Origin: Eledone cirrhosa
Lineage: Eukaryota
DNA: 64,000 nucleotides
Assembly (NCBI GenBank): GCA_964016885.1
Contig: OZ024758.1
Coordinates: 24,242,001 to 24,306,000 of the forward strand
Direction of reading: 5' to 3'
Shown: positions 50,380 to 63,615 of the stretch, piece after piece
Layout of the letters: every line of letters starts with the position of its first letter
Numbering within the stretch: the stretch's first letter is position 1
The notes under the pieces: model-generated
The model's database searches: none
Seen by the model: the letters and a program-made list of their open reading frames with translations, nothing else
What the model was told of the DNA's origin: nothing
Position numbers and translations under genes: made by a program

Positions 50380-53168
50380 GGTGGGCGATTTCAACTGTTG
50401 GGCGGGCGATTTCAACTGTTGGGCGGGCGATTTCAACTGTTGGGCGGGCGATTTCAACTGTTGGGCGGGCGATTTCAACTGTTGGGCGGGCGATTTCAAC
50501 TGTTGGGCGGGCGATTTCAACTGTTGGGTGGGCGATTTTAACTGTTGGGTGGGCGATTTCAACTGTTGGGCGGGCGATTTCAACTGTTGGGCGGGCGATT
50601 TCAACTGTTGGGCGGGCGATTTCAACTGTTGGGCGGGCGATTTCAACTGTTGGGCGGGCGATTTCAACTGTTGGGTGGGCGATTTCAACTGTTGGGTGGG
50701 CGATTTCAACTGTTGGGCGGGCGATTTCAACTGTTGGGCGGGCGATTTCAACTGTTGGGCGGGCGATTTCAACTGTTGGGCGGGCGATTTCAACTGTTGG
50801 GCGGGCGATTTCAACTGTTGGGTGGGCGATTTCAACTGTTGGGTGGGCGATTTCAACTGTTGGGCGGGCGATTTCAACTGTTGGGTGGGTGATTTCAACT
50901 GTTGGGCGGGCGATTTCAACTGTTGGGTGGGCGATTTCAACTGTTGGGCGGGCGATTTCAACTGTTGGGTGGGCGATTTCAACTGTTGGGTGGGCGATTT
51001 CAACTGTTGGGTGGGCGATTTCAACTGTTGGGCGGGCGATTTCAACTGTTGGGTGGCTGATTTCAACTGTTGGGTGGGCGATTTCAACTGTTGGGCGGGC
51101 GATTTCAACTGTTGGGTGGGTGATTTCAACTGTTGGGTGGGCGATTTCAACTGTTGGGCGGGCGATTTCAACTGTTGGGCGGGTGATTTCAACTGTTGGG
51201 TGGGCGATTTCAACTGTTGGGCGGGCGATTTCAACTGTTGGGCGGGCGATTTCAACTGTTGGGCGGGCGATTTCAACTGTTGGGTGGGCGATTTCAACTG
51301 TTGGGCGGGCGATTTCAACTGTCGGGCGGGCGATTTCAACTGTTGGGTGGCCGATTTCAACTGTTGGGTGGGCGATTTCAACTGTTGGGTGGGCGATTTC
51401 AACTGTTGGGTGGGCGATTTCAACTGTTGGGTGGGCGATTTCAGCTGTTGGGTGGGCGATTTCAACTGTTGGGTGGGCGATTTCAACTATTGGGTGGGCG
51501 ATTTCAACTGTTGGGTGGGCGATATCAACTGTTGGGTGGGCGATTTCAACTGTTGGGTGGGCGATTTCAACTGTTGGGTGGGCAATTTCAACTGTTGGGC
51601 GGGCGATTTCAACTGTTGGGTGGGCGATTTCAACTGTTGGGTGGGCGATTTCAACTGTTGGGTGGGCGTTTTCAACTGTTGGGTGGGCGATTTCAACTGT
51701 TGGGTGGGCGACTTTAACTGTTGGGCGGGCGATTTCAACTGTTGGGCGGGCGATTTCAACTGTTGGGTGGGCGATTTCAACTGTTGGGTGGGCGATTTCA
51801 ACTGTTGGGTGGGCGATTTCAATGTTGGGTGGGCGATATCAACTGTTGGGTGGGCGATTTCAACTGTTGGGTGGGCGATTTCAACTGTTGGGCGGGCGAT
51901 TTCAACTGTTGGGTGGGCGATTTCAACTGTTGGGCGGGCGATTTCAACTGTTGGGTGGGCGATTTCAACTGTTGGGTGGGCGATATCAACTGTTGGGTGG
52001 GCGATTTCAACTGTTGGGTGGGCGATTTCAACTGTTGGGTGGGCGATTTCAACTGTTGGGCGGGCGATTTCAACTGTTGGGTGGGCGATTTCAACTGTTG
52101 GGTGGGCGTTTTCAACTGTTGGGTGGGCGTTTTCAACTGTTGGGTGGGCGATTTCAACTGTTGGGTGGGCGACTTTAACTGTTGGGCGGGCGATTTCAAC
52201 TGTTGGGCGGGCGATTTCAACTGTTGGGCGGGCGATTTCAACTGTTGGGTGGGCGATTTCAACTGTTGGGTGGGCGATTTCAACTGTTGGGTGGGCGATT
52301 TCAACTGTTGGGTGGGCGATTTCAACTGTTGGGTGGGCGATTTCAACTGTTGGGTGGGCGATTTCAACTGTTGGGTGGGCGATTTCAACTGTTGGGTGGG
52401 CGATTTCAACTGTTGGGCGGGCGATTTCAACTGTTGGGCGGGCGATTTCAACTGTTGGGTGGGCGATTTCAACTGTTGGGTGGGCGATTTCAACTGTTGG
52501 GTGGGCGATTTCAACTGTTGGGCGGGCGATTTCAACTGTTGGGTGGGCGATTTCAACTGTTGGGTGGGCGATTTCAACTGTTGGGTGGGCGATTTCAACT
52601 GTTGGGTGGGCGATTTCAACTGTTGGGCGGGCGATTTCAACTGTTGGGCGGGCGATTTCAACTGTTGGGTGGGCGATTTCAACTGTTGGGTGGGCAATTT
52701 CAGCTGTTGGGTGGGCGATTTCAACTGTTGGGTGGGCGATTTCAACTGTTGGGTGGGCGATTTCAACTGTTGGGTGGGCGATTTCAACTGTTGGGTGGGC
52801 GATTTCAACTGTTGGGTGGGCGATTTCAACTGTTGGGCGGGCGATTTCAACTGTTGGGTGGGCGATTTCAACTGTTGGGTGGGCGATTTCAACTGTTGGG
52901 TGGGCGATTTCAACTGTTGGGTGGGCGATTTCAACTGTTGGGCGGGCGATTTCAACTGTTGGGCGGGCGATTTCAACTGTTGGGTGGGCGATTTCAACTG
53001 TTGGGTGGGCGATTTCAACTGTTGGGCGGGCGATTTCAACTGTTGGGTGGGCGATTTCAACTGTTGGGTGGGCGATTTCAACTGTTGGGCGGGCGATTTC
53101 AACTGTTGGGTGGGCGATTTCAACTGTTGGGTGGGCGACTTTAACTGTTGGGTGGGCGATTTGAACTG
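50380..53168 (+). repeat. 21-bp G-rich minisatellite GGG(T/C)GGGCGATTTCAACTGTT, about 130 copies
   Basis: Visible; explains the 400-900 aa heptad ORFs; starts just after a SINE head (50352-50378). Confidence 0.97.
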
Positions 53169-53169
53169 T

Positions 53170-53460
53170 CTATTTTAGGCACAAAGCCAGAAATTTGAAG
53201 GGGAGGAGAAAGTCGATTAAATTGACCCCAGTGCATTACTGGTACTTTATTTTATCAACCCCGTAAGGATGAAAGGCTAAGCTAACCTCGGCAGGATTTG
53301 AACTCAGAACATAAAGGGCCGTAACTCTATGCCGCTAAGCATGTTGTCCGACGGTCTACCGATTCTACCAATCCATCGCGCTGTGGTTAATAATTGTTTC
53401 TACTTTGGGCACAAGGCGAGCAATTACCCCAGTGCGTGACTGGTACTTTATTTTTTCGAC
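53170..53460 (-). mobile_element. SINE plus SINE fragment between two satellites
   Basis: Reverse-complement bodies. Confidence 0.85.
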
Positions 53461-53495
53461 GTCTTTAAAGACAACAAAGCAAAAGTCAGTTTAAA

Positions 53496-56400
53496 GACAC
53501 AAGAGAGTCTCGTTATATCATCTATTATAATGTATATATCTCTCTCTCGACACAAGAGAGTCTCGTTATATCATCTATTATAATGTATATATCTATCTCT
53601 CGTCACCAGAGAGTCTCGTTATATCATCTATTGTAACATTCAGTCGGTTAATGTACTCTCTAATGTATATATCTATCTCTCGACACAAGAGAGTCTCGTT
53701 ATATCATCTATTATAATGTATATATCTATCTCTCGACACAAGAGAGTCTCGTTATATCATCTATTATAATGTATATATCTATCTCTCGACACAAGAGAGT
53801 CTCGTTATATCATCTATTGTAACATTCAGTCAGTTGATGTACTCTCTAATGTATATATCTCTCTCTCGACACAAGAGAGTCTCGTTATGTCATCTATTGT
53901 AATGTATATATCTCTCTCTCGACACAAGAGAGTCTCGTTATATCATCTATTATAATGTATATATCTCTCTCTCGACACAAGAGAGTCTCGTTATATCATC
54001 TATTATAATGTATATATCTCTCTCTCGACACAAGAGAGTCTCGTTATATCATCTATTATAATGTATATATCTCTCTCTCTCGACACAAGAGAGTCTCGTT
54101 ATATCATCTATTATAATGTATATATCTATCTCTCGTCACCAGAGAGTCTCGTTATATCATCTATTGTAACATTCAGTCGGTTAATGTACTCTCTAATGTA
54201 TATATCTATCTCTCGACACAAGAGAGTCTCGTTATATCATCTACTATAATGTATATATCTATCTCTCGACACAAGAGAGTCTCGTTATATCATCTATTAT
54301 AATGTATATATCTATCTCTCGACACAAGAGAGTCTCGTTATATCATCTATTATAATGTATATATCTATCTCTCGACACAAGAGAGTCTCGTTATATCATC
54401 TATTGTAACATTCAGTCAGTTAATGTACTCTCTAATGTATATATCTCTCTCTCGACACAAGAGAGTCTCGTTATGTCATCTATTGTAATGTATATATCTC
54501 TCTCTCGACACAAGAGAGTCTCGTTATATCATCTATTATAATGTATATATCTCTCTCTCGACACAAGAGAGTCTCGTTATATCATCTATTATAATGTATA
54601 TATCTCTCTCTCTCGACACAAGAGAGTCTCGTTATATCATCTATTATAATGTATATATCTCTCTCTCGACACAAGAGAGTCTCGTTATATCATCTATTAT
54701 AATGTATATATCTCTCTCTCGACACAAGAGAGTCTCGTTATATCATCTATTATAATGTATATATCTATCTCTCGACACAAGAGAGTCTCGTTATATCATC
54801 TATTATAATGTATATATCTATCTCTCGACACAAGAGAGTCTCGTTATATCATCTATTATAATGTATATATCTCTCTCTCGACACAAGAGAGTCTCGTTAT
54901 ATCATCTATTATAATGTATATATCTCTCTCTCGACACAAGAGAGTCTCGTTATATCATCTATTATAATGTATATATCTCTCTCTCGACACAAGAGAGTCT
55001 CGTTATATCATCTATTATAATGTATATATCTATCTCTCGACACCAGAGAGTCTCGTTATATCATCTATTATAATGTATATATCTATCTCTCGACACAAGA
55101 GAGTCTCGTTATATCATCTATTATAATGTATATATCTCTCTCTCGACACAAGAGAGTCTCGTTATATCATCTATTGTAACATTCAGTCGGTTAATGTACT
55201 CTCTAATGTATATATCTATCTCTCGACACAAGAGAGTCTCGTTATATCATCTATTGTAACATTCAGTCAGTTAATGTACTCTCTAATGTATATATCTATC
55301 TCTCGACACAAGAGAGTCTCGTTATATCATCTATTATAATGTATATATCTATCTCTCGACACAAGAGAGTCTCGTTATATCATCTATTATAATGTATATA
55401 TCTATCTCTCGACCCAAGAGAGTCTCGTTATATCATCTATTGTAACATTCAGTCAGTTAATGTACTCTCTAATGTATATATCTCTCTCTCGACACAAGAG
55501 AGTCTCGTTATATCATCTATTGTAACATTCAATCCGTTAATGTACTCTCTAATGTATATATCTATCTCTCGACACAAGAGAGTCTCGTTATATCATCTAT
55601 TGTAACATTCAGTCAGTTAATGTACTCTCTAATGTATATATCTATCTCTTGACATAAGAGAGTCTCGTTATATCATCTATTGTAACATTCAATCAGTTAA
55701 TGTACTCTCTAATGTTTATATCTATCTCTCGACACAAGAGAGTCTCGTTATATCATCTATTATAATGTATATATCTATCTCTCGACACAAGAGAGTCTCG
55801 TTATATCATCTATTATAATGTATATATCTATCTCTCGACACAAGAGAGTCTCGTTATATCATCTATTATAATGTATATATCTCTCTCTCGACACAAGAGA
55901 GTCTCGTTATATCATCTATTATAATGTATATATCTCTCTCTCGACACAAGAGAGTCTCGTTATATCATCTATTATAATGTATATATCTCTCTCTCGACAC
56001 AAGAGAGTCTCGTTATATCATCTATTATAATGTATATATCTATCTCTCGACACCAGAGAGTCTCGTTATATCATCTATTATAATGTATATATCTATCTCT
56101 CGACACAAGAGAGTCTCGTTATATCATCTATTATAATGTATATATCTCTCTCTCGACACAAGAGAGTCTCGTTATATCATCTATTGTAACATTCAGTCAG
56201 TTAATGTACTCTCTAATGTATATATCTCTCTCTCGACACAAGAGAGTCTCGTTATATCATCTATTGTAACATTCAATCCGTTAATGTACTCTCTAATGTA
56301 TATATCTATCTCTCGACACAAGAGAGTCTCGTTATATCATCTATTGTAACATTCAGTCAGTTAATGTACTCTCTAATGTATATATCTCTCTCTCGACACA

Positions 56401-58200
56401 AGAGAGTCTCGTTATATCATCTATTGTAACATTCAATCCGTTAATGTACTCTCTAATGTATATATCTATCTCTCGACACAAGAGAGTCTCGTTATATCAT
56501 CTATTGTAACATTCAGTCAGTTAATGTACTCTCTAATGTATATATCTATCTCTTGACATAAGAGAGTCTCGTTATATCATCTATTGTAACATTCAATCAG
56601 TTAATGTACTCTCTAATGTTTATATCTATCTCTCGACACAAGAGAGTCTCGTTATATCATCTATTATAATGTATATATCTATCTCTCGACACAAGAGAGT
56701 CTCGTTATATCATCTATTATAATGTATATATCTATCTCTCGACACAAGATAGTCTCGTTATATCATCTATTATAATGTATATATCTATCTCTCGACACAA
56801 GAGAGTCTCGTTATATCATCTATTGTAACATTCAGTCAGTTAATATACTCTCTAATGTATATATCTCTCTCTCGACACAAGAGAGTCTCGTTATATCATC
56901 TATTATAATGTATATATCTCTCTCTCGACACAAGAGAGTCTCGTTATATCATCTATTATAATGTATATATCTATCTCTCGACACAAGAGAGTCTCGTTAT
57001 ATCATCTATTATAATGTATATATCTATCTCTCGACACCAGAGAGTCTCGTTATATCATCTATTATAATGTATATATCTATCTCTCGACACAAGAGAGTCT
57101 CGTTATATCATCTATTATAATGTATATATCTCTCTCTCGACACAAGAGAGTCTCGTTATATCATCTATTATAATGTATATATCTATCTCTCGACACAAGA
57201 GAGTCTCGTTATATCATCTATTATAATGTATATATCTATCTCTCGACACAAGAGAGTCTCGTTATATCATCTATTATAATGTATATATCTCTCTCTCGAC
57301 ACAAGAGAGTCTCGTTATATCATCTATTATAATGTATATATCTATCTCTCGACACAAGAGAGTCTCGTTATATCATCTATTATAATGTATATATCTATCT
57401 CTCGACACAAGAGAGTCTCGTTATATCATCTATTATAATGTATATATCTATCTCTCGACACCAGAGAGTCTCGTTATATCATCTATTATAATGTATATAT
57501 CTATCTCTCGACACAAGAGAGTCTCGTTATATCATCTATTATAATGTATATATCTATCTCTCGACACAAGAGAGTCTCGTTATATCATCTATTATAATGT
57601 ATATATCTATCTCTCGACACAAGAGAGTCTCGTTATATCATCTATTATAATGTATATATCTATCTCTCGACACAAGAGAGTCTCGTTATATCATCTATTA
57701 TAATGTATATATCTCTCTCTCGACACCAGAGAGTCTCGTTATATCATCTATTATAATGTATATATCTCTCTCTCTCGACACAAGAGAGTCTCGTTATATC
57801 ATCTATTATAATGTATATATCTCTCTCTCGACACAAGAGAGTCTCGTTATATCATCTATTATAATGTATATATCTATCTCTCGACACAAGAGAGTCTCGT
57901 TATATCATCTATTATAATGTATATATCTATCTCTCGACACAAGAGAGTCTCGTTATATCATCTATTATAATGTATATATCTATCTCTCGACACAAGAGAG
58001 TCTCGTTATATCATCTATTATAATGTATATATCTATCTCTCGACACAAGAGAGTCTCGTTATATCATCTATTATAATGTATATATCTCTCTCTCGACACA
58101 AGAGAGTCTCGTTATATCATCTATTATAATGTATATATCTATCTCTCGACACAAGAGAGTCTCGTTATATCATCTATTATAATGTATATATCTATCTCTC
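53496..58200. repeat. 4.7-kb satellite with interspersed 53-bp and 80-bp monomers
   Basis: GACACAAGAGAGTCTCGTTATATCATCTAT... with periods 53 (53496 to 53549) and 80 (53602 to 53682). Confidence 0.95.
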
Positions 58201-58362
58201 TACTAGTCTGTTGTCTGTAGCCAAAGGCTGGGGAGAGACACTATCTGTGTTCATGTCATTGTAAATAGACATTTCTAATTACTGTATGTAATTAACCTAC
58301 GGACACCTAAGAAATCTCTACTTTCCATAAAATATTATTACCATTATTATTATTTTATTATT

Positions 58363-58702
58363 TAGTAGTAGTAGTAGTAGTAGCAGCAGTAGTAGTAGAA
58401 GTAGTAGTAGCAGCAGTAGTAGTAGTAGTAGTAGCAGCAGCAATAGTAGTAGTGGTGGTAGTAGTAGCAGCAGCAATAGTAGTAGTAGTAGTAGTAGTAG
58501 CAATAGAAGTGGTAGTAGTAGTAATAGTAGTGGTAGTAGCAGCAGCAATAGTAGTAGTGGTAGTGGTAGTAGTAGCAGTAGTAGTAGTAGTAGTAGTAGC
58601 AGAAGCAATAGAGGTAGTGGTAGTAGTAGTAGTGGTGGTGGTGGTGGTAGTAGTAGTAGCGGTAGTGGTAGTAGTAGTAGTAGTAGTAGTGGTAGTGGTT
58701 GT
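58363..58702. repeat. (GTA)/(GCA)/(GTG) microsatellite
   Basis: Visible. Confidence 0.95.
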
Positions 58703-59017
58703 AATAAAAGGTTTTGTTCTCTATGGATTTCTTTGCAAGGTCAAAATTATAACATAAACAGTTAGATTCGTGTAAATTAATATCGAGAGAGAGAGAGATG
58801 AGAGAGATGGGGAGAAGAGAGGGGAAGGTAGAAAGAGGAGAGATAGATGGAAAGAGAGTGAGGTAGATATATATAGAGAGAGAAAAGAAAGAACTGGCAG
58901 ACAGATAAACAGAGACTGAAAATTAAAGAATTTGAAAAGAGATAAATATACACACATATATTTCCGTTGATAGCTTTCTCTAACAAACGCGACGGCTGGC
59001 AAACCCTTCAAGGAACT

Positions 59018-59735
59018 CATATTTGTTGCCAACAACAACCCTGAGTACCTTTTTGATTTCCATGTGTCTAAGACACATGGACATGCCCACAAAGTAAGAA
59101 AACAGCACAGTTCCCATGACTTTCGGAAACATTTTTTCACGCTCAGAGTTGCTGAAGCATGGAACAAACTACCTGCATCAGTTGTTAGCTGTCGAGACAC
59201 TGCATCCTTTAAAACCTCCATGGAACAAACTACCTGCATCAGTTGTTGGCTGTCGAGACACTGCATCCTTTAAGGCCTCCATGGAACAAACTACCTACAT
59301 CAGTTGTTGGCTGTCGAGACACTGCATCCTTTAAAACCTCCATGGAACAGACTCCCTGTATCAGTTGTTGGCTGTCGAGACACTGCATCCTTTAAGGCCT
59401 CCATGGAACAAACTACCTGCATCGGTTGTTGGCTGTCGAGACACTGCATCCTTTAAGGCCTCCATGGAACAAACTACCTGCATCAGTTGTTGGCTGTCGA
59501 GACACTGCATCCTTTAAGGCCTCCATGGAACAAACTACCTGCATCGGTTGTTAGCTGTCGAGACACTGCATCCTTTAAAACCTCCATGCTTCCCGAGATC
59601 CGCCAACACTACAGCTAACACATACACACATGTACTTCCCTGACATTTGTGTATTATTCTATGTACTATACATACACCTTTGACGAGTTGTAGTGCACCT
59701 GAGCACTTTACACAATAATTTCATTATTATTATTA
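59018..59735 (+). mobile_element. CR1 LINE 3' end with an internal 61-bp x7 tandem expansion and (ATT)n tail
   Basis: THGHAHKVRKQHSSHDFRKHFFTLRVAEAWNKLPASVV..FK matches the CR1 ORF2 C-terminus; repeat units span 59158-59584. Confidence 0.88.
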
Positions 59736-60069
59736 TATGTATGCTGGGCGCACAGGCATTAGGATGTGTGTTTTCCTGCCAGCGACATATCAAATATATC
59801 AACCTTCATCTGAGGAAACCGTTCTCATAATCAACAGCAAATGCATGAAGGACATCTCGATTGCATGGAGAACCGTAGAAATAATTATTATGATTAAACG
59901 ATATATGTAACCTCAGCATCTTATTTTATTATTTTTATAAAATTCTCCATCGTAACTAAAAACTACGATTGTTGAGAGCTTTCTCCTGCTTACTCCTGTT
60001 TTTACCAAAACAATCTTTTCCTAACACAATATATATATATATGCATAGTGTCTATATTGTATCTGTATT

Positions 60070-60230
60070 AGGGTCGGACGCCATGCTTTCCAGCATAGTT
60101 ATGTCCCTTTACGATCTGAGTTCAAATCCCGCCGAGGTTGACTTTGCCTTTCATCCTTACGGGGTCGATAAAATAAAGTACCAGTAATGCACTGGGTAAT
60201 TGCTGGCCTTGTGCCTAAAGTAGAAACAAT
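60070..60230 (+). mobile_element. 5'-truncated SINE inserted in a repeat whose empty site is at about 43101
   Basis: Flanks GTGTCTATATTGTATCTGTATT and TATTTTTGA..GTTGGTCAGTCAATGG are contiguous at 43084-43130; TATT is duplicated. Confidence 0.9.
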
Positions 60231-60559
60231 TATTTTTGATCGTTGGTCAGTCAATGGCAACATTGAGGACCGAATAAATTAGATTACCGATATAAAAGAC
60301 ACAGAAGCGAAAAGCGAAAACCAACCAAACAGTGAGTGTGTTCTGTTATTAATTCTGGCAATATTACAATAATATGACCCTCCCCAAGTATAACTATATT
60401 TGTTTCGACACACGATTTCATATCAAAAACCTCGCAAAACTAATTCATCGCCGTCATATATATATATCTATCTATCTAAGGCGGGTAAAATTCCCGAGAT
60501 CCATGGACGAGTTCTCTCCAGCGGTCTCTGTCCCTCATTATCGCTGCCATGTCCTGCGT

Positions 60560-60710
60560 CTCCAACAGACCAGTGTCTGTCCTTAGAGGAGACTGAGGTT
60601 AGCTGGACATGCTCACCGACATCCAGAGTTGACATTGCACTCAGTGCTCCTTTGGGAGCCCATACATGGACACACTAGAAGAGGAAGACCAAGGTTAACG
60701 TATGTTGATA
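60560..60710 (+). mobile_element. RTE-like LINE fragment
   Basis: Translation RRLRLAGHAHRHPELTLHSVLLWEPIHGHTRRGRPRLTYVD. Confidence 0.8.
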
Positions 60711-60880
60711 TATATATATATATATATAGTAATAATAAATGTGAAGACTAAAATCCGAAGAGGTCTCAATAAGGATTATATATATATATATAATATATAT
60801 ATATATAAACCCGTTAAGGGTGAAAGCAGCGATTCTTTGCTTAAACTTTAATATGTTCTTATAATATGTGTGTGTGTGAG

Positions 60881-60967
<87 letters not shown>

Positions 60968-61051
60968 CGACGTTAACTTCTTAACCATTCAGCCAAGCTG
61001 CGTCGACAGAAACAATGGCAGAAAGGTGCAAAGACAGAAAGGTGATAGATA

Positions 61052-61408
61052 TGTTTCTTTATTAGCCACAGGGGCACAAAAGAAGGGGAAAAATACAAAG
61101 GGGAAGTTTACATACAATAAAAACGTGTAAAATGTTATCACAAATGCAATTAAAAAAATTAGTCGATTTTCCCCAATAGGGGGAGACATTACATATGGGT
61201 AACACATACCCCCGAAAAAATGTGCAACCCTCATCTCCAGGAGTACGAAGAGTTTTGTACTCCTTTCCTCTCCTCCTCCTTTTCCTCAACCTACAGGCTG
61301 ATATAGAGAGAAGGCCCATTCACTCGGGCCATTCTCGCCACCTTTCATAAAACTTGCTGGGGTACAGCACCTCTCTCTCCATCCTGATTCTTCTTCCAAA
61401 GTTGTATT
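61052..61408 (-). mobile_element. L1/Tx1-like LINE 3' fragment with a 15-bp TSD at a (GATA)n edge; second 3' end at about 61470-61520
   Basis: TSD GAAAGGTGATAGATA at 61037-61051 and 61409-61423; C-terminal peptide RRIRMEREVLYPSKFYERW; both ends carry AATAAAGAAA on the minus strand. Clade assignment is tentative. Confidence 0.65.
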
Positions 61409-61415
61409 GAAAGGT

Positions 61416-61470
<55 letters not shown>

Positions 61471-62117
61471 TTCTTTATTAGCCACAAGGGCGCACAAGAA
61501 AAGGGGACAAAAGAAAGACACATGCCGGGGATATAGATAGATAGGTAGATATGTAAAAAGAAAAAGAGAAACTTGAAAAGAATAGACGAACAGCGAGAGA
61601 GAAGGGTGGGGGGGGGGGGGCAGATATGATAAGAAGGAAATACTGGAGGAAAAATAGTGAAAATACAAAACTAAAATGATTGTAGGGAAGTAAGACAAGA
61701 AAAAATATATTGTATTGTCAATAGAGCAGAATAAATCATACAATTTCCTCAGGAGAGACATTATCGATATGATTTATCAGAGTGGCAAACAAGAGGAGAT
61801 GTAAGCGTCTCTCTGGTTAAATAAGCAGTAATATAGAAAAGGATTGAATCCCTTAGAGATAGGCTTATCAAAAATCTTCTCAGTCATTAGCAACGGCTGC
61901 TGCATGAACAAGTCAAATATCGATTTGTTTAAATCCACATAAGTAGATTCTTATGTAAAAACTCTGGAACTTTACATCATTGCATGTATTGCTGAGGCGA
62001 GAACTTCTACATATTCGTTTGCCAAGCTAAAAATGGCAGCAAAATCTCCTTCCAGCATCACTATAACATCTTTAAAATGGAAAGATATATTGGATAACCG
62101 TAGCCCTAGATATATTA

Positions 62118-62310
62118 GGCGCATGGCTTAGAGGTTAGAGCGTTGGGCGTTGTGGGAGGTTGTGAGTTTGATCCTCGGACCGGGTGTTGCGTTGTGTCCT
62201 TGAGCAAGGCACTTTATTTACGTTGCTCTAGTTTATTCAGCTGTAGAAATGAGCTGGCACTAAGCTGTATCAGCCTTTGCCTTTCCCTTGGACAACATTA
62301 GTGGTGTAGG
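62118..62310 (+). mobile_element. CORE-type SINE
   Basis: tRNA-like head plus GTGTCCTTGAGCAAGGCACTT. Confidence 0.8.
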
Positions 62311-62599
62311 TTTTTAGGCAGGTCTGTAGTGAGCCATTAGAAAAAGCAAAAATGAATGTTTTACCTTCGAAAGAGGGACGACTCAAAAAAAAAACAAGAA
62401 GAAGTTATATTAGACAGGAAAACAACTAATGAGATAGTCATAGCTGGATCGCGTTTGGTAATAAGTCAGTTCGATGGAGGCTAGCGAAAAGGAGGAAAAA
62501 GAACACCATTGATTTGCGATATGACAGGTTCTTCATACCAGAGATATGGTTTCAATCAAAACATAGAAATATTTTTGTTAACATCATACCTTACAAGCA

Positions 62600-63005
62600 A
62601 TAATGGTTTCTACGTTAGGCACAAGGCCAGCAATTACCCAGTGCATTACTGGTACTTTATTTTATCGACCCCGTAAGGATGAAAGGCAAAGTCAACCTCG
62701 GCGGGATTTGAACTCAGATCGTAAAGGGACGTAACTATGCTGGAAAGCATGGCGTCCGACCCTCTACTGATACTGCCAATCCACCTTACAAGTAATAATG
62801 GTTTCTACATTAGACCAATTTGGAGGGAAGGAAAAAGTTAATTAAATCAACCCTAGAGCATTACTGGTACTTTATTTTAGCGAGCTCGTAAGGATGAAAG
62901 GCAAAGCTAATCTCGGCGAGATTTGAACTCAGGGCATAAAGAGCCATAACTATATGCAGCAAAGCATTCTGTTCGACGCTCTACCGACATTGCCAATCCT
63001 CCGCC
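62600..63005 (-). mobile_element. Two tandem SINE family 1 copies
   Basis: Reverse-complement bodies; CCTTACAAG(C/T)AATAAT is duplicated around the first. Confidence 0.9.
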
Positions 63006-63112
63006 ATTGTCTTATAAACAATAAGGCTCAATTTAAAATAACCAGAATTGATACATAACACCAGTTTACAGTGACAATATAGTTCTAAATATACAAAAGT
63101 TGTGGTTTTAGT

Positions 63113-63260
63113 CAGTGCCGGATTTAGGACAAATGAGGCCTTGTGCTAATTAAGTTATGGGGCCAACCATAGAATGTTTTTTGGCAGGAAGATGGTTTTC
63201 CCCTGACCAACAGGGCCCTGTGCTTAAGCACACCTAAGCACAATGGTAAACCCGACACCG
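63113..63260. mobile_element. hAT (Tip100-like) MITE
   Basis: TIRs CAGTGCCGGATTTA / TAAACCCGACACCG; perfect 8-bp TSD GTTTTAGT. Confidence 0.85.
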
Positions 63261-63615
63261 GTTTTAGTTGATCACAATTGGCTTCACAGAAGCATTGTAG
63301 CCAACAGTTAGATATTTCTTAGATCACAGACAACACTGTCGCATTCATTTCCCTAACATATGAAACAGATATCATATTTATCTATTGCTGCGCTTTCATT
63401 GATAGATATGTGTTGGAAGGTTGGGTTCTTTTGCTGCAATAGTCATACATTTCTAAAGTAGGTGATGTGTGATATACTAAATTAGAACTAGTGCACAGTT
63501 ATTTCACACCACATTAAACATTCAACTACAGAAACTCAACGTTTGACGATATATCAGATCTTAAAGTCTTATATATCATCCTCTCGTTTCTGTTTTTGTT
63601 TTTGCTTCTTCTTCT

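Noticed and set aside
50272-53178. ORFs of 400-928 aa (GDFNCWV, KSPTQQL, AISTVGW repeats)
   Set aside because: Translations of a 21-bp minisatellite open in several frames on both strands, with no unique domains.
61297-61413. Plus-strand exon with a strong polypyrimidine acceptor
   Set aside because: It lies on the antisense strand of a TSD-flanked LINE fragment, and the donor GTGATA is weak.
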